DNA of 64,000 nucleotides from Zygnema circumcarinatum SAG 698-1b (lineage: Eukaryota; Plantae; Zygnematophyceae): contig CM074820.1 in assembly GCA_037447605.1 (NCBI GenBank), positions 248,001 to 312,000 on the forward strand, written 5' to 3'. The notes under the pieces are model-generated. The model did no database searches. It was not told the origin of the DNA and saw only the letters and a list, made by a program, of their open reading frames with translations. Position 1 is the first letter of the stretch. Every line of letters starts with the position of its first letter. The translations under genes were made by a program, and so were the position numbers. Below are positions 33,004-46,200 of this stretch, piece after piece.

Positions 33004-36000
33004 CTAAAGGGTCAATCGGTGAGCCTTTTGTTTGAATGGCGGAGGAGTAGTCCCTGCACAAAAAATTGAAATGTTTGAAAGTCAACAATTAAATAGAATA
33101 CAATCAAAGCCCATTGATTTTCATAGGACACAACAAGTCAGTGAAGGAAGAGAACATGTTGGAGATTCGCCCAAACGCACAGCATCCACTCTCTATGTCC
33201 CTAGGTAAATTAAGAATTATTAATTATGTTTATTGCGTTTGTGGGGCTTTCAGGGTCACAAAGGGCTACAAATTTACGAAACCCTACAATCTCTAAACAT
33301 CGCCAATCACCTGAAGCATGAAGGGCAAGAAAGGGGAGGGGGAGAGGGAGAAAGCGAGCGAGCGAGAGAGAGAGAGAGAAAAAGGAGAGGAGCGAGAGAG
33401 AAGGAGAGAGAGAGAGAGAGAAAAAAAGAGGAAAGAGAGAGAGAGGGAGAGAGAGAGAGAAAAGAGAGAGCCTACCCGGTGTGCATGTGAACTGCTTAAC
33501 AAGGGTAGAATAGCCCTTTTCACATTCACATCTCGGGCCCGAGGAACCACTAGGAACGCAGACTCCGTGCTCCCCACAGGCCCCCCCCTCCTGTTGGGCG
33601 TTGCAGAAGGTGGTGCAAGCAGTGCTGTTTTTCTGCCCTTCAACTCCGGATGCATTAAGGAGGCAGTTTCCGGAAGCAAGGATAGTGGCTGCTCCATTGG
33701 CAATTTGGAGGTCAGAAAAGTAATTATCAGTTAAAAAATAGTAGCCCTTGTCGGAATTCGAGACGGGAATCTCTCCCGAGAGGTAGTTTTTGTTGGCAAA
33801 CCTGCGAAGGGGAGAGTTAGAAGTTGAAGCTTAGTTAGTCATTGGAAGCTTGGTTGCCTGTGTGGTCAGAATTGTCTGCTCTCATAGAAAGGGTGACTGA
33901 CTGGATAGGCATCCAAACTTCGCATCGTGGCAAGACATTACAAAGAACCCTGTGCTAGGTTTGTATTAATCTGCTTTAATCTTCCAAAATTTGACAAAAT
34001 TTCATCATGCTGTCGTGTAGACATAAGTAGTCAATTCATCAGAGGACATGAACTGAGAGCAGATCTTACAAAAGGTTTGAATTAGGACACTTGTAGCAAT
34101 AACTTTGAAACACAGAAATATCTGAATATCTTTTCAGCATGCATGCCTTATAATAGGAACTCACAAATAGCGAAGATTTGGACCTGGGTTGGGTAGCCTT
34201 CCCACGAGCTGATTTTCGCCCAAATCTCTGCAAACATGCAAGGCTTCTAGTAAGTTCTCAAGAAGCCTTCTAAGTTTCACACATCTCTTTGTCTCGGTTG
34301 TCCTCTCTCCCCCCCTCTCTCCCTCTCGTTCTCTCTCTCTCTATCTATCTCTGTGTTGCCTCACTCTATTGCATCCATAGTAAGTTCTCGAGAAGCCTCT
34401 CTAGCCATTTGCATCAAGGAGGAACCTGCTCCAAGTTTTACACATCTCTTTGTCTAGGTTGTCCTCACTTCCCCCCCCTCTCCCCTCCTCTCTCCCCCCC
34501 TCTCTCCCGCCCTCTCTCCCCCGCTCTCTCCCCCGCTCTCTCCCCCCCTCTCTCCGCCCCTCTCTCCCCCCCTCTCTCCCGCCCTCTCTCCCCTCCTCTC
34601 TCCCCCCCTCTCTCCCGCCCTCTCTCCCCCGCTCTCTCCCCCGCTCTCTCCCCCNNNNNNNNNNCCCTCCCCTCTCTCCCCCCCTCTCTTCCTCTCTCTC
34701 TCTCTCTGTATCTATCTCTGTGTTGCCTCACTCTATTACATCCCTACAGCACATGACTTGCACCTCGAAAACCTCAAGTTAATTCCAGTCTCCGTTTCAT
34801 CGTTCACGGCGAAATACTTACACATCGGAACTGTTCAGAACCCATTTGGGAACAGTGCCAGTCAAGTTGTTCCGCCCTAAATTCCTGCACAACAGTTCAG
34901 ATTTCAGCAACAAAGGCGAAGGGAAGATTGCATCATGATGGCATACGTGAGTTTATGAAGATGCTGATTTTCATTCAGGCATCTATACATACAAGTAGTC
35001 AAGTGGTTTCAAATTCTTGGAACGACTGGGAATATCTCCAATGAAGTGGTTGTAGTCCAATACCCTGCGTCAGCCACCCCAATAATAAGTCAGAACCGAA
35101 AAAAAAAGGGACTTTCCATAAAGACAACATTGCAAGATCATCTGCAAAGCTTCGTTTCGATCTTGAAAAATGATGTAGGATTCGACTGCGTCCTATGTTT
35201 CTGAAACCCTAAAATCAAAGGGGATACTCACAAGCCTCTCAAATTTGGTAAGTTGATGATGCTCGAAGGAATGGCTCCGGTAAAGTCGTTCGTGCTTAAT
35301 TGTCTGAGACATCCTCTCCCAATATGCATGCCACTATTCATTACATGAGAGAATGGATGACGCAGGTGTGTGTGTGTGTGAGAGAGAGAGAGACAGAGAG
35401 ACCGAGAGAGAGAAAGGGGGGAGGAAGGAAGCGAGAGAGTGAGAGAAGGAGGTAGGAAGATGAGAACTTTAAATTTTCAGCAGAACGTCGGAAAAAGTAC
35501 TCACAAATGCACCAAGTCCTTCAGTTCACTCAAAGCTTTGGGGATTTCCCCCTTCAAGAAGCAGCCATTGCAATACCTGCCAACCCCCCCAATAATGAAA
35601 GAAAGGGCTTAGAAGGGGTTTTAGGGTCCTTCAACTGTCATCTCATGTACATATAACATCATCATTCAACCAACTTATCTCTCAATTTCGAGAAATTTAC
35701 ATTAACTTGGTGGATAAGAGACTGAAAGCCTAGAAGGCTGAAATTTCACAAAGGGTCCTTACAGCTCAGTCAGTTGCTTTAGCTGAAGAATGCGTTCAAA
35801 TCTGCCGGTGATCTGACTGCCACTCAAATCTCTGCCCCTCCAAAAACAAAACCCACAAACCACTCGTTTTAGGGTTGTTGCAGAATTTCGGGTTTCAACT
35901 TTCAAGCAAAACTTTGATTCCACATTTGTGGTGGTGAGACTGCCCATTCATTAACAGTAAATACTTTAAATTTTAACTGCTTACAGAATTTTGAGGTTGA

Positions 36001-37661
36001 CCAGCTCTTTGAAGGCGTTCGGGATGGACCCTTTCAATTGCAACCCTCCTAAGTACCTGCACATGCATCATTCTCAACATAATAAAATGAAATTTCAGTG
36101 ACAGTTTCATGATTTTATGACACTGGAAACCGAAACATGCTTTGAAAATGGGCCTCAAGAGTTTCAAATGGGTCTACTTTTGTTAAGCTCAAACAAGAAA
36201 ACATTGCAGGGAGTGAAATGATCCATACGTAACGCAAATAGCGTTCCCATCTGCTGATCTTCCTGAAATATTTGAAGTCCAAACTTAGGATTTGAATGCA
36301 CAATATGTTAAGAAATTCTATGGTAAAGATTTAGGAGGAAATAATAATAATGGCTATTGAGAAGCTACTTACAGAGTCCTTAGCTTCGTCCAGGACCCCA
36401 AAGTGAGGGGAAAGCCTCCGGAAAATTCATTATCCCTCAAATCTCTGAAAAAAAAAAAATGGGTGTAAATAAATATTTATGGATCAATATCTCGACCTGT
36501 TCCACTGTAAATTGTCCCTTAAAGAGTTATCCAAGCACATGACTAAAGAAACTATACCCTAATTTCCGTGAGCTCTCAAAGCATGTAAACTTAATGGACT
36601 TACAAGTCAGCCAGTTTTGAGAAATTTCCCAAAACATCACCGAGCGTTCCAATGAAACGGTTGCCCTGCAAGTTCCTGAAAAAAAGCCAAAGTTTAAGTT
36701 CAAACTTAAAAAACTTAACTTTAACTTAACCTCTGGAAACTGGGTACAGTTTTGTACTGTGAATCTTCTTAGTTATTGCTGTTCGCTCATATGAGCTCAT
36801 ACAGTAGCTGACATGAGCAACCCATCCATGGATAGCTTCCTGAACAAACTCCAACTCATACAAGCAGAATAATGCAACCCTCTGCTCTATGGTGATTGCG
36901 AACTGCCTGTCCGAGTAAGTTCAGATCATTCCTGAGACTTCAAAAATTAGGGTTGAAATTTTGAGCTTGGGAAACCTTTAAACTTTTAAACCTACGTAAC
37001 CCTATAGTTGTGATTACGAACATTGCATACATTTCAACGTACAGGAAATTGAATGAGTGGCTGCATGCAAGGCAGGCCCTCACAGGTGCTCGATGTTCTT
37101 CAACTCCTTCAGTCCTGAAGGATTCCCTCTGAAATCATTTCCACTCAAATCCCTGCATCATCATGCACCATATACAATGATATCAACAATAGCGTAGGAA
37201 GATTGGGAAAAGAAAGACCCCTTCTTAAGTGAACCAACAACACATGGGAAAAGCCTAAATATCAGAGAAAGATTGTAAGAAAGTTGAGATTTATAGACCT
37301 GAACCAAACCCTAACCAATTTCCGCTTTGAATTGGTTAATCGAAGAAAGCAGGGATAACAGCCATAGCATACGACCTAATCAGTGTTTGCGAGGGGAGCA
37401 TTCCAACACATACAAGTGTTTCAAGTTGTTCAAGAAGCGGAGACTGTTGGAAATAGGTCCATCCAAACCACTGATTTGGGAGCCCAAACTGTAATTATAC
37501 TTTTTGTTCAGACTGAGATCCCTGCCAAGGAGTAGAATTACAATAGTTCGTCATTTAGGTGAATAATACAGTCAGGTGTGTTCCTTGTTGAAATCAGAGA
37601 ATCGACTGAAGCAGTCGCATACACAACGATGTCTGAAAACTGTACTTTTGACGACACGTTC

Positions 37662-37739
<78 letters not shown>

Positions 37740-38678
37740 GAGGGACGGAGGGGGTACACTTACAAGTGCTGCAGATTCATCAACTTTCCAAGGCTCAGCG
37801 GGAGAGAACCGGAAAGGTAGTTATCCCGAAAAGAGCTGCCGATCCGCGAAAGTATGAACATACAAGCACGCAGAACACAATCGAATTCCAGTTAAATATA
37901 CGCATCGTTAGTCAAATGTCCAGGGCTTTTCTCGTATGTGACATCCAAACATCGACTGATATACCTACGCTATTGAATTCTATTCATAAGCCTTCAGGCT
38001 ACAAAAAAAGATAAGAGAATCAGGAATGTATGCTTATCCTTACAGTATTTGAAGGTTTTCTAAGCTTCCAATCTCCTTTGGTATTCTCCCTTTGAGCTCA
38101 TGGCCTCCCAATATCCTGCAACATCCCAGAAACTCCATAGACCTGTCAAGTTCCTTAAACTTTCAATGTAAAAATTACTAGTATTTGAAGCAGTGTACAC
38201 ACGTATTCTGGTGATGTAAAGATATAACCAGGCACTGCCTATGTAATTTGAGACCAAAAAGAACAGGCTAAGTGTCGAGTTGAATGAAGAAAATCTCAGA
38301 GTGATTCAAGTGAACTTACAGTCTCTTCAGAAATGTGAGCTCAGTAATATTTTTTGAGACAGTTCCATCCAGAATCCCTTCAGAAGAGGCGTTGAAATTC
38401 GGATTCAGCACGTGGCCATCCGGCAGAGTGATTGGGATACTTGAGAGAAATCTGGAGTCAACTTCACAGATGAAAGGCTTTGACTGCAAGTTAGCCAATA
38501 CTTGAGCATTCAGAAGGGCAAAAAGGTCACAAAAATATGAGCATAAGGCTTCCTGTATTTGGAATATGTTTCAGAATAACCCTAACGTGCAAGCTGATGC
38601 TACCTTGTCTTTGTTTTTGAATCTTGAGCAAATATGGGACCTTGCAAGACAATAAGATCATCAAATGCACTGAATTTT

Positions 38679-38760
<82 letters not shown>

Positions 38761-39924
38761 TCTTTAAACATATAAAAACTCACTGTACCCAAACAACACT
38801 CACAAATAGATTACATTTCCCGACTTGTCGCATGTAAGACCCAACCAATCGCTGCACTCATTTTTCGACCGCCAAGACGGCAACGGATTCAGCCCTTTCG
38901 GCTTCAAGCTCCTCCTGATGGCTTGCAGAATTCCTGCGAACCAACAGGCAACAGTCGCCAGCACATGCATGTGTGAGTCCATGAGCAATGGCCCCTTCAC
39001 ATGACATTGCACATGTTGCTCGAAAGAATGAAGGGGATCAACACGACATGACTTGCTCATGCTTTCCGAATAAAAAGTCCTAACAACAATGTCATACTAG
39101 AGTTCTCAAAGTACCTCATCCATACATCTATTTTATGACCCATCATGCTACATTGCTCACATGCGTTCATGGTGACCCAAAATCATAAACATGCACATGA
39201 ACATGAACACGAACATGAACATTAACATAAACATGGACATGAGCAAGCATGAACATGGTGTTGTGTGGCTGTGCAGGATGCAAGTGGCGCTCACTCTGCT
39301 GTGTGGAGTTCACATGCGCGCCGGCGGCAGGCGGACTCCATAGCAGCGCCATGCACAGCAGGAGCCCGAACGGGTCACGTAGACACCTGGCATGCAGTGG
39401 AGACCACACGACTAGGCCGAGTTAGCAACATCATAACCAATGCTTTCATGCCCAACCTATGTGCGGCCATACACATGTGTACAATGGCTTGTTGGCCATG
39501 CACGTGTACAATGGCTTGTTGGCCATGCACGCGTGAATTTGTACGGTACCCACATTCTATATGCAATCAGTTTCTGTTTCACGGAACAGTATTTTCGCGA
39601 CCGCATGGGAACGATAGTGATGACGTTGTCAATGACGTAAGCAAAATCGCATCCCCGCCCAACATTGTACACTACCATGTGACGAGCCCACAACTGTGCG
39701 CTCAATGCTCGCTAGGCATTCGCGCGCTAGGCATTTGTCCACAACGCTGTGGCCATACCATGTGCATTTCATGCCATGCCCATGCCCATGCCCGCCCGTG
39801 GTTTGCATGCCATCATGGCCCGTTGGAGGAAAGCGAACTCTCTAGAGAGCAAAGGAAAGCAAAACAAAGGCATGTGGGAGTGTGTGAAGGCATGAACACA
39901 CCTTGCAAATGGCCTGCTCCCCAT
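33004..39924 (-). CDS. Secreted LRR-EGF protein, paralog B (12 single-LRR exons; no TM or kinase)
   Basis: Exons: 39902-39924, 39295-39386, 38804-38933, 38320-38451, 38044-38115, then approximately 37761-37832, 37417-37521, 37085-37153, 36603-36674, 36372-36443, 35984-36055, 35504-35575, 35231-35302, 34993-35064, 34822-34884, 34164-34226, then 33476-33801 and putative last exon 33004-33053. LRRNT WRSKNECSDWLGLTCDKSGNV; EGF CGEHGVC...CECEKGY...FTCT. Collinear with paralog A. Confidence 0.9.
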
Positions 39925-40599
39925 CTCTGAATCTCGCTTTTATCCTTCACGCCTCGCCCACAAATTGTTTGCTCTGCAAAGCAATGTCTGGGAAATCAAA
40001 TCTTTTCATGGTCTGCCCAAGAATATGGGCAAGCAAGGCAGCGAAAAAAAAATCACATTACGTTTTCGCTGCTAGAAAAAACCCTCATTCACATATTGGG
40101 CCGAGTTTTGAGAAATGGGCCCACCAATTTAAGGTTTTTAACCATAAGCTCTCTCATCTTTCCTCCCGACGTAGCAATATAATTTCTCCGTCAATCATGT
40201 CCTAATCCCTCTCTCTTACTCTCTCTCGCTCTCTCTCGCTGTTTCTCTCTCCCTCGCTCTTTCTCGCTCTCTCTCTGTCTCTCTGTACTCTCTCTCTCAA
40301 TCTCTTTCTCACTTTCTTTCTCTCTCTCACTCTAACATAGCCCCCTACTTCCACCATTTTTCGCAAACTTCAACTTAGAAAAGCCTCGCACCTCTCTTTC
40401 TCCTTGCTGCTATTGAAGCATCTCACTCTTTCTTTACCCCTCTCCCTCCCTACTCTACCCTCTTCCTCTCCTTCAGAAAAACGAAATTCGAGTAATTGGA
40501 GTGATGAACAGAAACCCTCACCTGCAGGAATGGAAGAAAATCTGGCCTACACACTTCAGAATCGTAGGGAGGGAGGGAGAAAGTAGGAGGGATCGCGAG

Positions 40600-41510
40600 A
40601 GAGAGAGAGAGGGAGAAAGAAAGGGAGAGCGGAGAAGGAGGGAGGGGAGAGGCACAGAGTGGGAAAGAATAGTGAGGGACTGAGAGAAGGGAGAGTGCAG
40701 GAGAAGAGGGAGAATGGGCGAGAGGAGAAGGGGGGAGGGGAGAGGCACAGAGTGGGAAAGAAGGGTGAGGGAGTGAGAGAGGGGAGAGTGCAGGAGAAGA
40801 GAGAGAATGGGAGAGAGGAAAGGCGTAGAAGAGAGGGAGAAACAGAGTGTGACAGTAGACGGAAGCAGGAAATATGGCGAGGGAGTGGCGGCACTGAGAG
40901 ATTAGGAGTAGGAAGCGAATGGGCGAAGGGAGAGGGAAGGCGAGAGAGGCACAGGGAAGGAGAATGGACGAGGACGATAGATTGGTGGTGGAAATGCAGA
41001 AGAGAGAGATAGAATGTGAGTAGGGCGGAAAGAGAGAATGTGAGAGAGGAGTTGGAGGGAGGGACGGGAAGGTACAGTTGGGAGAGGACAGGGAGGGAGA
41101 AAGGGAGGCCACAGAAGTGTGGACGAGAGGAGAGGGAGAGATGGGAATGGGAGTGAGAGATGTGGAAGGGATAGGGGGGGCACAGATAAGTGGGAGCGGG
41201 AGTGGAGAGGGAGAGGAGAGGGAGGGAGAGGCACAGAGTGGGAGTGGGAGGCGAGGGAGGGAGAGGCACAGAGTGGGAGGAGAGGGAGGGAGAGGCACGC
41301 AGTGAGAGTGGGAGGAGAGGGAGGGAGAGGCACAGAGTGGGGGTGGGAGGAGAGGGAGGGAGAGGCACAGAGTGGGAGTGGGAAGGAGGGAGGGAGAGGC
41401 ACGGAGTGGGAGTGGGAGGAGAGGGAGGGAGAGGCACAGAGTGGGGGTGGGAGGAGAGGGAGGGAGAGGGAGGGAGAGGCACAGAGTGGGAGAGAGGGAG
41501 GGAGGGAGAG
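40600..41510. repeat. GA-rich degenerate minisatellite (core GAGGGAGGGAGAGGCACAGAGTGGGAGTGG)
   Basis: GAGAGGCACAGAGTGGG recurs many times in the intergenic region upstream of LRR-B. Confidence 0.8.
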
Positions 41511-42230
41511 AGGGCGGGGGAGTCGCGGTGTCAAGTCTCTGGCTTCCGCCGTCAATCCTACATATAATCCGTACGGTACGGTAGCTCGGCTGTTGCCTGT
41601 TTCTGCTACCGCGGGGCCATCCGTCCGCTAGCCGTACCGTGCCTTCTGGCGAGTAGCGGTATTACCGTACGAATATTTAATTTACCGCGATCGCCTATTT
41701 GACTTTACCCTACGGACGTCCTCCTAGAGGACGGTCTGTGCGGACGCAGGGACCTCCCTCGTCTCGTGGAGTACCAATGTCGTTTTGAGTAACTGTCACT
41801 GCCAAGATTAGTGACGTCACTCATTGAAACAAGTTTTGTTTCTCGGGTTTTTTGGCTTCCATGAAATTGGCCAATAGAATTCATCGATTTAAGAGGGATT
41901 TTTGATTTTAAGTGTTTTTATTTTGTTTATTGCCCAGTAGTAGTAGTTTAGTTTGTAAGATGACGCCATCATTTTTTTCATGACCGACATTTAGGGGCGG
42001 ACAGTAAGATCCACTTTCGATTTTGCTGTCGGTAGTTCGCACGTCCGTACTGCGGGACCCACCGTACGGCCGAGCGGCCAGATCTGGAACTGCGGCCGTT
42101 TTGATCGCGGGCAGGGAGCCGCCGCACCGACATCCATGGATTGGCCGTCGAAAAGTTCCAGTTTCAGTTCCGTTCATTCTGTGAGTGGGCTCCCTGGTTA
42201 AATCACAGTTGGAGCACTGCCAACCGTTGG

Positions 42231-42490
42231 CCATTGGCCTCCAATGGTTGGGCGCCATTGGCCTCCAATGGTTGGGCGCCATTGGCCTCCAATGGTTGGG
42301 CGCCATTGGCCTCCAATGGTTGAGCGCCTTTGGCCTCCAATGGTTGGGCACCATTGGAATGTTAGCAACCGTTTGCAACCAATGGTTGCCACCGTTGGCG
42401 ACTGGGCCCGACACCAATGAGGAGACCATTGGCAATGGTTGGCAACTATTGGCAATGGTTGGTCGGCTCTCCAACCAATGGTTCCGATGC
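42231..42490. repeat. Tandem 24-bp palindromic repeat CCATTGGCCTCCAATGGTTGGGCG (5 copies) plus degenerate CCAATGG/CCATTGG copies
   Basis: Units start at 42231, 42255, 42279, 42303 and 42327. Confidence 0.9.
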
Positions 42491-42984
42491 TTCCACCACC
42501 TTCCAATGGCCACTCGGCACGTATACAAGGTCGTGAAATCTCATTGGACGATTCGATATATCGCCAAATATCTTAATAGGGATGCAATTTTTAGCAGGGA
42601 ACCTCATGCTTAGAAAATTTCTGAAAATTTTATTCCGTACAGTGAAATTCGTACTGTACTGTACTGTACTGCTTTTGTACAACTGTACGAATCCGCGTTT
42701 CCAATACCGTACAGTTTTGTGGAGATTTTTGAAATATGATTTTTCTGAGGCTGACTTCCACTTTCAAATTTTTTTTTTTTTTTTAAATTTCCGTTCTGCT
42801 TTTCAACGGGTCGATTCACCCCAGCAGGGCCAGCTGGCTCCTGCTCTGAGAGAGCGACACGTGGCGTTCTATGAGCCATGGCTGCTCCTCCTGCATCTCT
42901 CTGTGCGGGAGGGTGTCACGTGTTCTTTGGCTGCGCCTTCACTCCCCAGATCGCAACGCTAATATTGGATCGAGCCTCATTCCA

Positions 42985-43150
42985 AGCTTAACTTCAAACC
43001 CTAAACCTAATCCTAACCCTAACTCTAACACTAATCCTAGTTCTAAATCTCCAACCCTAACCCTAACCCGAACCGTAATGTTACCTTACCCCTGAACTCT
43101 GAACTTACTCCTAAGTCATTTCAGGCTTCCTCCTAACTTTAGCTCTGAAT

Positions 43151-43227
<77 letters not shown>

Positions 43228-43600
43228 GAGGGAGAGAGAGAGTGCGAGTGAGGAACTGCTTTTCTCTTCATTTTCATTGTAACGCAAAGCTGTCTCACTC
43301 CCTCCAGCTTGAATGTAGCTTGAATCTATCTTCAAGAGGGCCAAAATGCTACTGCTGAGCTTCTCATTTTGGTCTTTAGCTGACCATATCCCTAACCCCA
43401 GCCTTAGCAAATCTCAAACCCTAACTTTAACCCTAACTCTAACCTTCACTCTACTGCAACCCGGCCTAACCTTGCCCTTCTTACCTTCTTACCTCCAGTA
43501 TTAAAACAACCTTAGCATTATCCCCAGCCTTAGTAAACATCAACCCTAACCCTAATTGTCACTTTACCGCAACCCTAACCTACAGCTAACCCTAATTCTT
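42985..43600. repeat. Degenerate (AACCCT/CCCTAA) telomere-like hexamer clusters and a GA tract upstream of the GT fusion gene
   Basis: AACCCTAACCCTAACCC at ~43055, ~43420 and ~43545. Confidence 0.65.
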
Positions 43601-43649
43601 GTCCTGACATACCGGCCCGACCCACCCCTTTCCCCCCTTCTCCCTTTCA

Positions 43650-44684
43650 ATGAGCAGCTTGCCTGGTCCTAAAAACCGCCCTCCCTATTCCATCGAGGCG
43701 GGCTCCTCTGCCTATCCCCCCAAATGGCTGCCACCTGTCCCCAAGTCGCGACCTCGCTCCCGCACTCCCCCTCTCGCTAACTCTCCCGGCACTCCTCCCC
43801 GCCCTCCCGCCCACCTTAAAGGAGATTTTAAAAAACCGTCATCCACTCGCCCAAGCCGATTCTCCTCATCACGAGGGAGTATCAGGCCCTTCCAAGTACT
43901 GCTATTGTTGTTTATGTATGCATTTGTTGTTGCCCTTATTTGGTACGTGCGAGAGTCAACGGATGACTTGTGGGAAAGCCGGTTCGGGAATGGGGTGGAG
44001 AGGATGGGAGAGAGCGCGGAATTAGGGTCTGGTTTGAATGGAGAGGGAGGAGGGGTTGAAGGGACGGCAGGAGGAGAGGATGGAGTGGTGGAAAGAGGCG
44101 GGGAGGGGGATGGGGGAAGGGAGGAGGAGGGGGAAGGGGAAGAGGTGAGGGGAGTGGAGGAGGGGTTGGCGGAAGAGGAGGAGGTAGCTGTTGTGAAGAA
44201 AGGGAGGGGAGGGAGAAATGCGACGGAAAGACTGGGGGTGGAAGGAAGATTTAAAATATTGGAGATAGAAGGAAAGGGGGATGCGGAAAGGGAGAAGTAC
44301 TGCAAAAGAGAGAGCGAAGCGAGGCGAGAGGGAGTGGTAGAGGATATGGTGACTGTGTTATTGAGCTCCTCCGAGTCAGCGTGGGAACCACGGATTTCTT
44401 TTTTGGTTCGCCAATTGACTGAGTTACCTTTTGTTCACTCAGTGCAAGTTTTGTTAGAAGGAGTGGATGGAGAGGGAGGAGTAGGGAACGCGTCTATGAG
44501 TGAAAGGTGGGTCGTTTCGCTTCAGAACACTCTTTTTTTTTTTCATTCAAGGAATCTCTTTTGAATGGAGCGAAGATGGATGCCTTCACCTTTGAACAAC
44601 TGTTGTCAAATAGTTTCATGGTGGTTTTTAGCAAGAAATCATTTTCTGAGGAAGGGCAGCTGGCACATGTTTCTTTTTCGGTCG

Positions 44685-44762
<78 letters not shown>

Positions 44763-46143
44763 CCCCCCCCCCCCCTTACGCTGTACATTGCGCTCCTTCT
44801 ATGGCTGCCCAGGCTTTTGTATTCCGAGCAGAACGTTAGCGTCTTTCAGTCCAACAGTGGAGACCCCAATTTCCGTTACATTCCACGGAAACTCGTATTA
44901 ACAGGAGCTGTTCTATGGTGCTACGATGACTTAGTGGTCGACCCGGAGCTCCTCTCATTCAGCTTTGAAGTTTGGAAAACGAATAGAAAAAGACTTATAG
45001 GGATGACGCCTAGAAGCCACGTATACGAATCAGAGACTGCCACCTGGCATTATTTTCCGGATACTTATCCTGTTGGGTCTGGAAAGTACTCCCTTGTTGT
45101 GGGCTCTCCGTTGATTTTTGATAGCAGTCTCCTTACTGAATACACATGCAAAATGCCCAACGGAATTTTGCACTACATAGATGAAATGGGAGACTGTTCA
45201 GACTTAGCCCTAAATTTTCTTGCAGCGAATTTAAGTGGAGAAGGGCCAATCTTGGTTGGGGGAAGAACACCGGCTCATGAAGGAGCCCTTCGGGGTTTGA
45301 AGGGTTTAAATTCAGAAATGGAAAAGGGAGGAGGAATGGAAATCATGAGAGAAAATTACATTAGGAGGAGGCTGCTAGTGTTGAACAGCAGCGGTAACGG
45401 AACTGAAACGGAACATGGACAAGGGAAGGGTAGTGTGCTATCATGGTTCGATTTAGTATTCAATTGGAACGGGAATTCGAAAGGTCTCCGGCGGAAAAAA
45501 AAGGGCTCCTTTTTGCCAAAGCGAGGGTTAGCAGTTAAGAAGAATCAGAAGAGCAAGAATCAGGAAAGGGTTGACATACCTCAAACCCCTATTGTGAGAG
45601 TGAACGAGAGTGAGAAAAATTCTACTTCTGAGAAAGAGGAGGGCAACAGGATTGTTCAAAAGAAGAGAGTGAGGAAGAGGAGGAGGAGGAGAGTGCAGGA
45701 GGAGGTTGAGTTGCGAAGCGAATGTTTGAATCAATTTTCGAAATTATGGGATGGAATGCCTCTTAAGTGGAGCATAGGACAGCTGTCGCCACGAGAGGAA
45801 AAGAAATCTATGTGCGAACGGAACGGAGAACTGATTGCATGTGAAGAGAATCCTTCAGGGAAACTCACTGTTACACGGCGGACCGGCATTAAGGAAAAAG
45901 CAGACTCTCCTCCCGCTCAACGATTCGCATACGTTTTTTTGGTTTTTTCGCCGGAATTGGTAAGGGAAATGGATCTGCCTTCTTTCTTCATTTTTTTTCT
46001 CTCCTTTCGTTCAGACTGACAGGAACCCTAAAAGTCTGTAACCCGGCTATTGAAAGCTCCCTGTACACTTGTTCATCTAAGCAAGTAAGCGAAGAAATAA
46101 ACAAGTTTTCTTTACATAACCCTTTTCGATCCTATCTCTCTGA

Positions 46144-46200
<57 letters not shown>

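Noticed and set aside
31545-33475. Kinase or TM exons completing LRR receptor kinases
   Set aside because: No hydrophobic helix or kinase motifs in either orientation, and there is too little space.
41908-42613. NHWRPMAP / LQWLGAIG repeat proteins
   Set aside because: Products of the 24-bp palindromic DNA repeat; no splice or homology support.
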